Origin: Sediminibacterium sp.
Lineage (GTDB): Bacteria > Bacteroidota > Bacteroidia > Chitinophagales > Chitinophagaceae
Direction: 5' to 3'
DNA: 59,875 nt
Assembly (NCBI GenBank): GCA_044368905.1
Contig: JBILIU010000001.1
Location: 1-59,875 of the forward strand
The notes below the pieces were generated by a model. It saw only the letters and a program-made list of their open reading frames with translations, searched no databases and was not told the origin of the DNA. Shown here in pieces: positions 30,391 through 41,099 of the stretch. Both the position numbers and the translations under genes were made by a program. Position 1 is the first letter of the stretch. Each line of letters opens with the position of its first letter.

Positions 30391-32325
30391 CTATAGTTTT
30401 TCGCTCAATTCCAACCATCTTAATTCTGATGCTTCTAATTCGGCTGTAACTGAAGCCAGTGCTGCGCTTAAGGCGGTGATGGCAGTATAATCTCCCGTAC
30501 TATTGTTGAGTTCATCAGTGAGTGTCCCTTTTTTACTTTCAAGTTCAGGCATGGACTTATTCAGCTGTTCTAGTTCTAATTTTTCTTTGTAAGACATTTT
30601 TTCAGCTACTTTCTTTGGCGCGTTGTCTATTGCTATTTCATTTGTTTCTTTCGTAGCTGACCCAGCAACAGGAGCTTTAACTTCATGCTCCACTTGTGTG
30701 GTGATATCTGAGCTTACAGCAGCATAGTTTTGTTTGCTTTTTTCTAAAATCCTAAACTGTGTATAATTACCAGGATAGTCACGAATCACACCATCCCCTT
30801 CAAATATAAATAAGTGGTCAACTAGTTTATCCATGAAGTAACGATCATGTGATACCAATAATACACAACCAGCAAAATCAATCAAAAACTGTTCTAACAC
30901 AGCCAAGGTTGGAAGGTCTAAATCGTTAGTAGGTTCATCTAGAATTAAAAAATTAGGATTTTTAAATAAAATAGTTAACAGCTGAAGTCTTTTTTTCTCT
31001 CCACCACTTAAAGCACTTAAATAAGTGTATTGTTTATCTGGAGTGAATAAAAATAATTCTAAGAATTGTGCTGCGCTCAATGTGCCGCCACTAGCCAAGG
31101 GAAACTGCTCGGCAAATGTTTTTAAGTATTCAATGACACGCATGTCCTTTTTGTAGGTAAGCCCCTCTTGAGAAAAATGACCAAAGACAATGGTGTCGCC
31201 TACATTGATTTTACCACTATCAGGCATGGTCAATCCTTGTAGAATTTGCAAGAAGGTAGACTTTCCTACCCCATTCTTACCAACTATACCAATACGCTCT
31301 CCTTTACTAAAGGTATAATCAAAGCCTTTTAGCACAACTAGGTCACCATAAGACTTATAAACTTTGATGGCTTCGATAATCTTACCCCCCAATCGGGTCA
31401 TCTTCATATCCAATTGCAAATTGGTGTCTTCAATTTTTTGTTTTGCCCTAGCTTCTACTTCGTAAAAATTATCTTGCCTGCTTTTACTTTTAGTTGTTCT
31501 TGCTTTTGGTTGCTTACGCATCCACTCTAGTTCTTTTCTAAAAGTATTTTTTGCTTTATCAATACTAGCTAATTCAGATTCTATTCTTGCAGCTTTCTTT
31601 TCCAAATAATTTTCATAATCTCCTTTATAGCTATACAATTTCTCTCTTTCCAATTCCCAAATCTCATCTGTCACTGCTTCTAAGAAATAACGATCATGCG
31701 ACACAAGTAATAAGGTTACTTTTTCTTGCTCCAAATAATTTTCCAGCCATTCAATCATATTTAAATCCAAGTGGTTGGTTGGCTCATCCATTAACAATAA
31801 AACGTGTTTGGGTTCAAAGCCAATTTGGATCAATGTTTTTGCTAAGGATACTCGTTTTCTTTGTCCACCACTTAATTTTGAAACAGGTTGTTCTAAATGA
31901 TGGATATTTAATTGAGTTAAAATTGTCTTTACTTTTGATTCAAAGTCCCATGCATTATTTTCCTCCATTTCCATGATGGCATCTGTAATCAAATTTTCAT
32001 CTTCTGTCTCCATGGCCATTTCATAATTACTAATGGCCTTCATGATGGGATGTGCTTGATTGAACAGGTTCTGCGTCACCGATGCGGTTTCAATAAATTG
32101 TGGATCCTGTTCAAATAAGACCAAATGGACGTCTTTATGCACTTTAGCAGTCCCCGAGTCTGGCACTTCTTTACCAGATAAGATTCTTAAAAGCGTAGTT
32201 TTACCAATACCATTTCTGGCCACTAAGGCAATTCTGTCGCCCTCATTGATATTAAAGCTGATCCCCTTAAACAAGGGCATAATACCATAACTTTTAGTCA
32301 GATTTTCTACAGATACATAATTCAT
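30391..32325 (-). CDS. ABC-F family ATPase (Uup-like)
   Basis: Two ABC domains (ARNGIGKTT, LSGGQRKR, DEPTNHLD; GKNGVGKST, LSGGEKKR), no TM segments, WMRKQPKAR linker, C-terminal coiled coil ending RWLELSE; start moved to ATG 32325. Confidence 0.92.
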   Translation of the reverse strand: MNYVSVENLTKSYGIMPLFKGISFNINEGDRIALVARNGIGKTTLLRILSGKEVPDSGTAKVHKDVHLVLFEQDPQFIETASVTQNLFNQAHPIMKAISNYEMAMETEDENLITDAIMEMEENNAWDFESKVKTILTQLNIHHLEQPVSKLSGGQRKRVSLAKTLIQIGFEPKHVLLLMDEPTNHLDLNMIEWLENYLEQEKVTLLLVSHDRYFLEAVTDEIWELEREKLYSYKGDYENYLEKKAARIESELASIDKAKNTFRKELEWMRKQPKARTTKSKSRQDNFYEVEARAKQKIEDTNLQLDMKMTRLGGKIIEAIKVYKSYGDLVVLKGFDYTFSKGERIGIVGKNGVGKSTFLQILQGLTMPDSGKINVGDTIVFGHFSQEGLTYKKDMRVIEYLKTFAEQFPLASGGTLSAAQFLELFLFTPDKQYTYLSALSGGEKKRLQLLTILFKNPNFLILDEPTNDLDLPTLAVLEQFLIDFAGCVLLVSHDRYFMDKLVDHLFIFEGDGVIRDYPGNYTQFRILEKSKQNYAAVSSDITTQVEHEVKAPVAGSATKETNEIAIDNAPKKVAEKMSYKEKLELEQLNKSMPELESKKGTLTDELNNSTGDYTAITALSAALASVTAELEASELRWLELSEKL

Positions 32326-32329
32326 GGCG

Positions 32330-32337
32330 CAAAGATA
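32330..32337 (-). promoter_or_regulatory. Bacteroidota -7 promoter element 4 nt before the ATG
   Basis: Minus strand TATCTTTG-CGCC-ATG. Confidence 0.7.
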
Positions 32338-32407
32338 CAAGCACTAAATTAAAATAGGGGAAAAAGCAATGAAGATTGTACTTTTGTAGACGTTAATATC
32401 GAAATAG

Positions 32408-33631
32408 ATGAAAAATTTTGAAGTGCCATCAGGCTATAGAAGCCCCCTAATTGTTGCCATTAAACAAAAGCGCAAATTGGACGATAAGCTCAAAAAGGAT
32501 TTCACCCCTACTGAACTCGACTTTGGCAAGGTTAAAATCTATTTAGCAAGGCATTTTGGATTTTGTTATGGGGTAGAAAATGCGATTGATATTGCCTATA
32601 GAACCATTGAGGAAAATAAGGGCAAAAGAATTTTTTTATTGAGTGAGATGATCCATAATCCTCAAGTGAACAATGACTTAACAAGCAAAGGCGTTCGATT
32701 TTTACAAGATACATTGGGCAAAGAATTAATCCCTTTATCCGAATTAACAAAAGACGATATTGTCATTATTCCAGCATTTGGTACCACACTAGAATTAGAG
32801 GAGAAATTAAGAGCAAAAGGAATTGCAATTGAATCCTATGATACCACTTGCCCTTTTGTAGAAAAAGTATGGAATCGCAGTGAACAGATTGCGCAAAAAG
32901 GCTACTCCATTATCATACATGGGAAACCAAAACATGAAGAAACAAGGGCTACTTTTTCTCACACATCTGCACATACGCCCACTTTAATTGTAAACGATAT
33001 CGAAGAAACAAAAGTCTTGGGGAAAATTATTAGTGGCGAATTACCTACCGCCTATTTTTATGATTTTTTTATCAACCGTTTCTCTGCAGAATTTGATCCT
33101 ACGATTCATTTAGACAAAATTGGTGTCGTAAATCAAACGACTCAATTAGCCACAGATACCCAAGCAATTTCAGATTATTTAAAACAAATCATTCTGAAAA
33201 AATTTGGACCGGAAAATTTAGCTACTCATTTTGCAGATACAAGAGACACGCTTTGTTATGCCACCAATGACAACCAGTCTGCAGTGATTGGACTGCTTGA
33301 AACAGAAGCCGATTTAGCGATTGTGATGGGTGGAAAAAACAGCAGCAATAGTTCGCACTTAGTAGAATTATGTGAACGAAAATTACCTACTTATTTTATT
33401 GATGATGTAAGTAAAATTATAGATGCTAATCATATTGAAAAAACGAATTGGAAAAATAAACAATCTGAAATAGTAACTAATTTTTTGCCTGATGCAAGTC
33501 CTATACGTATTTTAATGACCAGTGGCGCAAGTTGCCCTGACACAGTGGTAGAATCTGTTATAAAAAAAATTCTTAGCTTTTATCAATTAGATGATGTGTT
33601 TGAAAAAGTAAAGGACAGCTGGATCGATTAA
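32408..33631 (+). CDS. ispH: 4-hydroxy-3-methylbut-2-enyl diphosphate reductase
   Basis: GFCYGV, IHNP, DTTCPFV, HEET, NQTT, TLCYAT, NSSNSSHL, TSGASCP. Confidence 0.93.
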   Translation: MKNFEVPSGYRSPLIVAIKQKRKLDDKLKKDFTPTELDFGKVKIYLARHFGFCYGVENAIDIAYRTIEENKGKRIFLLSEMIHNPQVNNDLTSKGVRFLQDTLGKELIPLSELTKDDIVIIPAFGTTLELEEKLRAKGIAIESYDTTCPFVEKVWNRSEQIAQKGYSIIIHGKPKHEETRATFSHTSAHTPTLIVNDIEETKVLGKIISGELPTAYFYDFFINRFSAEFDPTIHLDKIGVVNQTTQLATDTQAISDYLKQIILKKFGPENLATHFADTRDTLCYATNDNQSAVIGLLETEADLAIVMGGKNSSNSSHLVELCERKLPTYFIDDVSKIIDANHIEKTNWKNKQSEIVTNFLPDASPIRILMTSGASCPDTVVESVIKKILSFYQLDDVFEKVKDSWID

Positions 33632-33647
33632 GGTTAAATTAGAAAGC

Positions 33648-34331
33648 CTAAACCATCTTTATCTTCTCCATAGCCCACTGCATGGCCAGTGCGAACTGCT
33701 GCGCTCTATCTAAATTTGTATTGTCTAATACTAAAGCATCCTCCGCCTGCTTTAGTGGACTATGTGTTCTAGTACTATCCATTAAATCTCTTTGTTGTAA
33801 ATTTGCAGCTACTTCTTCTTTTTGAATTGCAGGATTGGTTTGTAACAATTCTTGGAACCTGCGCTCTAATCTAATGGTAGGATCTGCCGTAACAAATAAT
33901 TTAAGTTCTGCATTTGGAAAAACGACTGTTCCAATATCTCTCCCATCCATCACAATCCCTTTGTCTATCCCCATTGCTTGTTGTTGTGCCACTGCAAAAT
34001 CTCTCACCGCTGCAATTGATGCCACTTCACTCACTTTTTGACTTACTTGCATTTCGCGAATTTCTTGTTCTACATTTTCACCATTCAAATACATGTCACT
34101 TTTTTGACTTACGCTATTGAACTTAAATCTCAATTCAATTGCCTGCAAAGCATCTTGAGCAGCTGTATCGTTAAATGCTATATTGTTTCTTAAAAAATAT
34201 AAGGCGATGGCTCGATACATTGCACCCGTATCAACAAAAACATATTCCAATGCCTTGGCCATTGCTTTTGCAAGCGTACTCTTTCCACAGGATGAAAAGC
34301 CGTCTATCGCTATGATGATTTTCTTTTCCAT
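33648..34331 (-). CDS. cmk: Cytidylate kinase
   Basis: IAIDGFSSCGKST, DTGAMYR, MDGRDIGTVVFP. Confidence 0.95.
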   Translation of the reverse strand: MEKKIIIAIDGFSSCGKSTLAKAMAKALEYVFVDTGAMYRAIALYFLRNNIAFNDTAAQDALQAIELRFKFNSVSQKSDMYLNGENVEQEIREMQVSQKVSEVASIAAVRDFAVAQQQAMGIDKGIVMDGRDIGTVVFPNAELKLFVTADPTIRLERRFQELLQTNPAIQKEEVAANLQQRDLMDSTRTHSPLKQAEDALVLDNTNLDRAQQFALAMQWAMEKIKMV

Positions 34332-35425
34332 TATGGTGCTACGGTGATGGTTGCTGTTTGAGGTAAATTTGCATTTCGAATGGCGATTTGTCTTACTGCA
34401 TTGCCCACAAAAGTCCTGAATGCATCTTTTGAGACTTTATCTTGTCCAACCATGGCAGGCACCCCTTCATCTCCTCCCTCTCTAATACTTTGCACCAAAG
34501 GAATTTGACCCAAAAAGGACAGGTCATATTCTGAAGCCAATTTAAGGCCTCCTTCTTTTCCAAATAAATAATATTTATTTTCTGGCAATTCTGCTGGTGT
34601 GAAATAAGCCATGTTTTCTACTAATCCAATAATGGGCACATTCACATTTGCTTGTCCAAACATAGCGATTGCTTTTTTTGCATCCGCTAAAGCTACTTGT
34701 TGCGGTGTCGTTACAATCACCACACCTGTTACAGGAACGGTTTGCATGATGGTCAAATGAATATCTCCTGTACCTGGTGGCATATCAATGACTAAATAAT
34801 CTAGCTCGCCCCAGTCTACATCAGTAATGAATTGACGAATGGCACTGCTTGCCATTGGACCTCTCCAAACCACGGCATCTTTTTCATCCACCAATAATCC
34901 AATGCTCATTATCTTAATACCGTATTGATCCAAAGGTATAATTACCCCTTTCCCTCCTTCGTCTTTCATCAATGGTCTTTGTCCTCTCACACCAAACATG
35001 ATAGGCACACTAGGCCCATAAATATCTGCGTCCATCAATCCTACTTTTGCACCACCTTCAGCCAATGCCAAAGCCAGGTTAGCAGCAACTGTACTTTTAC
35101 CTACACCGCCTTTTCCACTCACTACTGCAATAATATTTTTCACTTTAGACAGGACCGACTTTTCGTCTTTTCTTAAAGAGGTTGTATTGGAAGTGAAATT
35201 GACTTGTACCTGTGCTTTTGGATTCACTAATAATTTAATGGCATTTTCAGAAGCATTCTTCATCAAATCTTTCATTGGGCAAGCAGGTGTGGTCAACACA
35301 ATCGTAAAGCTTACAGCATCACCATCAATTTTTACATCTTGGATCATATTCAATGTCACTAAGTCTTTTCCTAGGTCTGGCTCTTGCACATTACTCAATG
35401 CTTTTAGTATTTCCTCCGTTGTCAT
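34331..35425 (-). CDS. mrp: Mrp/NBP35 Fe-S cluster carrier ATPase
   Basis: N-terminal DUF59-like LTTPACP, SGKGGVGKSTV, DADIYGPS, WRGPM, DMPPGTGD, VENMAYF; start moved to ATG 35425. Confidence 0.93.
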   Translation of the reverse strand: MTTEEILKALSNVQEPDLGKDLVTLNMIQDVKIDGDAVSFTIVLTTPACPMKDLMKNASENAIKLLVNPKAQVQVNFTSNTTSLRKDEKSVLSKVKNIIAVVSGKGGVGKSTVAANLALALAEGGAKVGLMDADIYGPSVPIMFGVRGQRPLMKDEGGKGVIIPLDQYGIKIMSIGLLVDEKDAVVWRGPMASSAIRQFITDVDWGELDYLVIDMPPGTGDIHLTIMQTVPVTGVVIVTTPQQVALADAKKAIAMFGQANVNVPIIGLVENMAYFTPAELPENKYYLFGKEGGLKLASEYDLSFLGQIPLVQSIREGGDEGVPAMVGQDKVSKDAFRTFVGNAVRQIAIRNANLPQTATITVAP

Positions 35426-35591
35426 TATGAAAGTTTTTGTTAAAATATTTAATCCCGGCAAAGTTAACGTTCATAGCGCTTATTTTGCCCTTTTAAAAGG
35501 CTTAAAATAGGGTCTATTTAAAAAAAACTACCCATTTCGAAACAAAAAAAGTGCTCCATTTCTGAACATTGAGGTGTAAATTTGCTGCTAC

Positions 35592-36242
35592 ATGAAAAAG
35601 AAACTGATCCTGCCTTTATTGATCCTTTTTTCACTGATGACATTACAATTAAATGCTCAGACAGTGGATATTTATAGAGACTCTGTTGTCCAATTGTATG
35701 GTGTGGTGATGACTGCAGATAGTTTAAAGGCAATCCCTTTAGCGAGTATTGTTGTGAATAAAAAAGGCAGGGGTACGATCACCAATAACGATGGTGTTTT
35801 TTCTATTGCAGTGAATAAAGGAGAAACCATTACTTTCAGTTGTGTTGGCTTTAAAAATAGAAATATTGTCATTCCTGCAAATTTAGCAGGGAATGAATAT
35901 AGTGTGATTCAATTAATGGTCAATGATACCAATTTTTTACCCGCAACAATTTTAAAACCAAGACCTACTCGTGCGCAGTTTGAAAGAGACTTTGTCAATT
36001 CTAAAGTAGATGACGACCTATATGAAACTGCAAGAAAAAATACAAGCCCAGCACAAAAAAGAATTATTTTATCCAGCTTACCAAGAGATGGCAAAGAAGC
36101 AGTGGGCGCAGCGTTACAAAACCAAGCTTCAAGGTATTATTATTCAGGGCAATTACCTCCTATGAATATATTAAATCCAAGCGCATGGAGAAGTTTCATT
36201 AATTCATGGAAACGTGGTGATTATAAATCAAAAAATAAATAG
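35592..36242 (+). CDS. Exported protein with carboxypeptidase-like regulatory domain
   Basis: Signal peptide ending LNA-Q; GTITNNDGVFSI...FSCVGFK; TAAATTTG promoter 7 nt upstream. Confidence 0.8.
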   Translation: MKKKLILPLLILFSLMTLQLNAQTVDIYRDSVVQLYGVVMTADSLKAIPLASIVVNKKGRGTITNNDGVFSIAVNKGETITFSCVGFKNRNIVIPANLAGNEYSVIQLMVNDTNFLPATILKPRPTRAQFERDFVNSKVDDDLYETARKNTSPAQKRIILSSLPRDGKEAVGAALQNQASRYYYSGQLPPMNILNPSAWRSFINSWKRGDYKSKNK

Positions 36243-37094
36243 ATGAAAAAGATTGCGGTAATTGGAGCAGGAACAATGGGAAATGGCATTGCACATGTAT
36301 TTGCACAAAATGGCTTTGATGTTAATTTAATAGATACGCAGTCTGCTGCACTTGATAGAGCATTACAAACAATTGCAAAAAATTTAGACCGTCAAGTTGC
36401 AAAATCAATCATCCAAGCAGCAGACAAAGCAACAATTCTTGCAAAAATAAATTGTTTCACCAATCTTAAAGAAGGCGTGCATGACCGTGAATTAGTCATT
36501 GAAGCGGCAACAGAAAACAGCAAGATCAAAAACGCTCTTTTCACAGAGATGGGACAATACACCAGTCCTACTTGTATTTTAGCAAGCAATACTTCTTCTA
36601 TTTCTATCACACAATTAGGGGAAGCAACTCAAAAACCAGGCAATGTAATTGGGATGCATTTTATGAACCCAGTGCCAGTGATGAAATTGGTAGAGATTAT
36701 CAATGGTAAAGCAACGAGCTCAGAGGTGACAGATTCGATTGTTGCCTTGACAACGCAAATTGGAAAAATTCCTTGTGTTGTTCAAGATGCACCAGGATTT
36801 ATTGCCAACAGAATTTTAATGCCCATGATCAATGAAGCAATACTGGCTTTCGAAGAAGGTATTAGCGATGCAGCGACAATAGATCAAATTATGAAATTAG
36901 GGATGGCACATCCAATGGGCCCTTTGCAATTAGCAGATTATATTGGCCTTGATGTTTGTAAAAATATTTTAGAAATCATGGAGGCTGGTTTTCAAAATAG
37001 CAAATACAAACCTGCTGCATTATTAACGAAGATGGTAGAGGCAGGAAAATTAGGCATCAAATCTGGTGAAGGATTTTATAGCTACCAGCAATAA
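36243..37094 (+). CDS. hbd: 3-hydroxybutyryl-CoA dehydrogenase
   Basis: GAGTMG, IEAATE, SNTSS, GMHFMNPVP, GFIANR, HPMGP. Confidence 0.92.
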   Translation: MKKIAVIGAGTMGNGIAHVFAQNGFDVNLIDTQSAALDRALQTIAKNLDRQVAKSIIQAADKATILAKINCFTNLKEGVHDRELVIEAATENSKIKNALFTEMGQYTSPTCILASNTSSISITQLGEATQKPGNVIGMHFMNPVPVMKLVEIINGKATSSEVTDSIVALTTQIGKIPCVVQDAPGFIANRILMPMINEAILAFEEGISDAATIDQIMKLGMAHPMGPLQLADYIGLDVCKNILEIMEAGFQNSKYKPAALLTKMVEAGKLGIKSGEGFYSYQQ

Positions 37095-37095
37095 T

Positions 37096-37710
37096 TTAGT
37101 CCAACTTGAGTGTAGTCTTAATGGTGACGTCTCTTAATGCGCCAAGCTTTTCAAGCACTTCGTCTAATCTGTTTTTAGGAATGCCTATATAAAGCTGTAT
37201 AAATAATTGTGCAGTTTGCTCTACTACGGAACAATTGTACTGTTTCACCAATAGCATTACTTCATTCATTTGATGGTAATCAAAATTAAGCTCATAGGGA
37301 ATTTCAATTGGCTTCTTTATGATAGGCGAAAGTTGTAAAGCCAAAGCTGTAGCTGTTTTATAGGCATTGATCAAACCAGGTATACCTAATAAAGTGCCGC
37401 CAAAATAACGAACCACCACTACAAAAACATTGGTCAATTCTTTACTATCAATTTGACCCAGTATTGGCCTACCTGCAGAGCCGGCAGGTTCTCCATCATC
37501 ACTCACCCTAAAAGTGGATCCATCTACACCAAGTCGATACGCTAAGCAATGGTGCACCGCTTTGCCATGTTCTTTTTTAAGTTGTGCTAATAGCTTTTTG
37601 CAAGTATCAATGTCTTTCGCCGGATAAGCATAAGCCAAAAATTTACTACCTCTATCTTTAAATTCTGCCATAGAAGGCTGTTCGATCGTATAGTAGTAAA
37701 ATGGATCCAT
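37096..37710 (-). CDS. yigZ: YigZ/IMPACT family protein
   Basis: SKF, HHCLAYR, DDGEPAGSAGRP, VRYFGGTLLG. Confidence 0.92.
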   Translation of the reverse strand: MDPFYYYTIEQPSMAEFKDRGSKFLAYAYPAKDIDTCKKLLAQLKKEHGKAVHHCLAYRLGVDGSTFRVSDDGEPAGSAGRPILGQIDSKELTNVFVVVVRYFGGTLLGIPGLINAYKTATALALQLSPIIKKPIEIPYELNFDYHQMNEVMLLVKQYNCSVVEQTAQLFIQLYIGIPKNRLDEVLEKLGALRDVTIKTTLKLD

Positions 37711-37779
37711 TCAAAAAATAATAAGGCTAATTTCAAACAAAGCTAGTTCATAATGATGAATCATTTGTAACATTGCAGT

Positions 37780-38634
37780 ATGCGTTTAAACGATATCAAG
37801 CAAGCCTTGAAAAAACAGTTAGCAGGTCAATTCGAAAGTGTTGAACTTGGTCCAATCCTTTCTATTTTAATTGAACATGTCACAGGCTGGGACCAAGTTC
37901 AACAAGTTATTCATAAGGACAATACTATTTCAGCAGCACAAGAATTGGCTTTTGAAACTGCTGCTACAGCGCTTTTAGAAGGAAGACCTATTCAATACAT
38001 TACTGGTAAAACCTGGTTTATGGGCGAACCTTATATTGTAAACGATCAGGTGTTGATTCCCCGTCCAGAAACGGAAGAATTAGTAGACTGGGTGATTGAA
38101 TATGCAGCCATCAAAGGAAAGGTATTACGCATATTAGACATAGGTACAGGCTCTGGCTGTATTGCCATTGCAATCAAAAAAGCATTACCCGAGGCAATTG
38201 TTTCGGCAATAGATATTAGTACAAGTGCAATAAAAATAGCAGCAGCCAACGCAGCAACTCTTAAAGCCGATATTGAATTTATAGCATTGGATATTTTGAA
38301 TACCGCTTTTTTACCAGGTCAATACGATGTGATTGTAAGTAACCCACCCTATATCCCAATGCATGAAATGAAAAACATGGAATTACAAGTGACCGATCAT
38401 GAACCCAATATTGCTTTATTTGTCCCCGACGAAGATCCCTTGGTGTTTTATAAAGCAATCGCAAGACTCGCAAAATTGCATTTAAGTACAAATGGTCAAT
38501 TGTTTTTTGAAATTCATTATGATCAGGGAGATGCTATGATTGCACTCTTAGACGAAATGCATTTTCATGCAGAGTTGAGGACCGACTTATTTGGAAAAGA
38601 CAGAATGATTCGCGCGAGTTTAAAGCCAAGATAA
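37780..38634 (+). CDS. prmC: Release factor glutamine N5-methyltransferase
   Basis: PIQYITG, VLIPRPETEELV, LDIGTGSGCIA, SNPPY. Confidence 0.95.
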   Translation: MRLNDIKQALKKQLAGQFESVELGPILSILIEHVTGWDQVQQVIHKDNTISAAQELAFETAATALLEGRPIQYITGKTWFMGEPYIVNDQVLIPRPETEELVDWVIEYAAIKGKVLRILDIGTGSGCIAIAIKKALPEAIVSAIDISTSAIKIAAANAATLKADIEFIALDILNTAFLPGQYDVIVSNPPYIPMHEMKNMELQVTDHEPNIALFVPDEDPLVFYKAIARLAKLHLSTNGQLFFEIHYDQGDAMIALLDEMHFHAELRTDLFGKDRMIRASLKPR

Positions 38635-38672
38635 ATAAAGCTGGTAGAATTGCTATTTAATAATATTTACTT

Positions 38673-39071
38673 TTATTGAGCAGCATTGACTGCCACCACT
38701 GGCGTTGCTCCAAGGGCTTTGATGATTTGCATCACTTGTATTGTCACGCCTAAATTTGCTACGCTGTCTCCATTGATGACTACTGAAGGCTTATCCGTTT
38801 CTTTAGCTAAGAAAATCTGTAACTGGCTAGACAAAGCATCTAAACTGACAGGAGATGAACCGATAAATAATTTTTGGTCTTTATCAATTGTCACCACCAC
38901 CGTTTGTTTGGCCTTGGTATCACTCGCTGCTTTTGGATTAGAGACTTTAATGACATTTGGGTTCGCTAAAGTAGATACAATCAAAAAGAACAATAATAAA
39001 ATAAATAAGATGTCATTTAATGCACCTGTATGCACTTCTGGATGATGTCTTAAACGATTTCTAAGATTCAT
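38673..39071 (-). CDS. exbD: Biopolymer transporter ExbD/TolR
   Basis: LNDILFILLLFFLI TM segment with conserved Asp; downstream of exbB. Confidence 0.9.
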   Translation of the reverse strand: MNLRNRLRHHPEVHTGALNDILFILLLFFLIVSTLANPNVIKVSNPKAASDTKAKQTVVVTIDKDQKLFIGSSPVSLDALSSQLQIFLAKETDKPSVVINGDSVANLGVTIQVMQIIKALGATPVVAVNAAQ

Positions 39072-39081
39072 AGCAGGTAGA

Positions 39082-39732
39082 TTAAGCTTGTGTTGGTTCT
39101 TGTAAAATATCTAAAAAATCAGCACTCGCTCTCTCCATCTTATTTGCCGTCTTATCTATTTGAGTAGATAAAAAATTATGTCCAACATAGGCAATTAAAC
39201 CAATGATCAAGCCTGTTGCAGAAGTAATCATTTTGGTATAGATACCACCAGCAATGGTATTCAAAGTATATTCACCAGTAGATGCAATGCCATAAAACAA
39301 TTGTACCATTCCAATAATCGTTCCTAAGAATCCAAACATAGGCGCGATGCCAGAAACCAATGATAGGATATTTAAATTGCGCTCCATCGAATACATTTCT
39401 AACTTGCCTACATTTTCCATGCTTTTTTCAATCGCATCAATTGGTTTGCCAATGCGCATAATGCCCTTCTCAATCATATTCGCCACTGGATTGTATGTGT
39501 TTTTAGCAAGTGCTTTTGCCGCAGCAACATTGCCTGACAAAATATGATCCTTAATCATTTTCATGAATTGAGGATCTGACTGTCCTGCTTTTTTGATCGC
39601 TAAAAATCTTTCTATGAATACATAAATGGCAATGACCAATAAGGCATACAATGGATACATAATCCATCCACCTTTACCTAATAAACTAAATAAAGAAATT
39701 TTAGCATCTGGCACTTGTAACAAAATCAACAT
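39082..39732 (-). CDS. exbB: MotA/TolQ/ExbB proton channel
   Basis: GGWIMYPL, APMFGFLGTIIGM, TSATGL; start moved to ATG 39732. Confidence 0.9.
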   Translation of the reverse strand: MLILLQVPDAKISLFSLLGKGGWIMYPLYALLVIAIYVFIERFLAIKKAGQSDPQFMKMIKDHILSGNVAAAKALAKNTYNPVANMIEKGIMRIGKPIDAIEKSMENVGKLEMYSMERNLNILSLVSGIAPMFGFLGTIIGMVQLFYGIASTGEYTLNTIAGGIYTKMITSATGLIIGLIAYVGHNFLSTQIDKTANKMERASADFLDILQEPTQA

Positions 39733-39755
39733 AGCATTTAAATTTATATTTAAAG

Positions 39756-41015
39756 TTAATTTATTTCTACCATATAGGCTAATACTTGCACGGCTTGTTG
39801 CATATCTGCAACCCCCACCCATTCATGCTTACTATGAATGGCTTGCATGCCTGTAAAGATATTAGCAGTGGGTAGTCCCATAAAACTCATCCTACTCCCA
39901 TCTGTACCGCCACGAATGGATTCAATGACAGGTGTGATGCCCGCTCTTTTGTAAGCATCAAGTGCTAATTCGACCATTTGAGGATATTGATCAATCACTT
40001 CCTTCATATTACGATATTGCTGCTTCACTTGAATCTTTACTTTGGCCTGATTGTAATTTGGGTTTTGACAAATGACTGCCTCAGCAATATCCAAAATCCT
40101 TTGCTCATAAATCGCCAAATTGACTGTATCAAAATCACGAATTAAAAATTCAATTTGTACTTGCTCTGCTCCACCTTGGATATTTGTAGGATGAACAAAG
40201 CCTGCTTTGCCTTCGGTATGTTCAGGACACCACTGATCTCTTGGCAATGCAGCAATAATATCTGCAGCAATTTTAATGGCGTTTTGCATCACACCTTTTG
40301 CAGAACCAGGATGCGCCATCACGCCATCAATTGTTAAGATGAGTTGATCTGCACTAAAACTTTCCATTTCAAAACAGCCTAATGCACCTCCATCTAATGT
40401 GTATCCAAAATCAGCATTCAATTTTTTAAAATCAATAAAATCTGCACCCCTACCTACTTCTTCATCGGGTGTAAATAAAATTTTGATCGGACCATGTTGG
40501 ATGGATGGATGCTGCATTAAATAAGCAGCTAAACTTACAATAATGGCTACACCCGCTTTGTCATCAGCGCCCAATAAGGTTTTGCCACTTGCTGTAATAA
40601 TTTCCTTCCCAATGAAGTTTTTTAAATAAGGATATTTGTCTGTCGTTATGATTTGAGAAGGATCGTCCGGAAGCACAATAGGTGCACCATTATATTGTTG
40701 GTGCAAAATCGGTTTTACATGGGTGCCACTGCAATCAGGCGCTGTGTCTACATGTGCACAAAAACAAATCACTGGCAATTTTAATGCATCTAATTTTTCT
40801 TGTTCAATAGTTGCAGGAATCGTAGCTATGACATAGCCATTGGCATCCATGGTGGCATCCACTAACCCTATTGCTAACAATTCTTGTAGCAATAATGTAG
40901 ATAAATCCTTTTGCTTTTCGGTCGAAGGAAAACTAAGACTATTTGGATCACTTTGTGTATCTATTTGCACATACCGCATCAGTCTTTCAGCCACTCCAAA
41001 CGCATTCCATTCCAT
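39756..41015 (-). CDS. pepT: Peptidase T (tripeptide aminopeptidase)
   Basis: AHVDTAPD, LLGADDKAG, TPDEEVGRG, HPGSAKG, IRGGTDG, HSKHEW. Confidence 0.93.
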   Translation of the reverse strand: MEWNAFGVAERLMRYVQIDTQSDPNSLSFPSTEKQKDLSTLLLQELLAIGLVDATMDANGYVIATIPATIEQEKLDALKLPVICFCAHVDTAPDCSGTHVKPILHQQYNGAPIVLPDDPSQIITTDKYPYLKNFIGKEIITASGKTLLGADDKAGVAIIVSLAAYLMQHPSIQHGPIKILFTPDEEVGRGADFIDFKKLNADFGYTLDGGALGCFEMESFSADQLILTIDGVMAHPGSAKGVMQNAIKIAADIIAALPRDQWCPEHTEGKAGFVHPTNIQGGAEQVQIEFLIRDFDTVNLAIYEQRILDIAEAVICQNPNYNQAKVKIQVKQQYRNMKEVIDQYPQMVELALDAYKRAGITPVIESIRGGTDGSRMSFMGLPTANIFTGMQAIHSKHEWVGVADMQQAVQVLAYMVEIN

Positions 41016-41043
41016 AGATTATATTTTGCTGTGTGAAGGTATT

Positions 41044-41080
41044 AAAAAAGGCATCCCAAATCAATGGAATGCCTTTTTTT
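41044..41080 (-). terminator. Intrinsic terminator downstream of the PPIase gene
   Basis: AAAAAAGGCATCCC-AAATCAAT-GGAATGCCTTTTTTT; stem flanked by A/T tracts. Confidence 0.75.
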
Positions 41081-41099
41081 AAAAATCTTTAACCTATTA

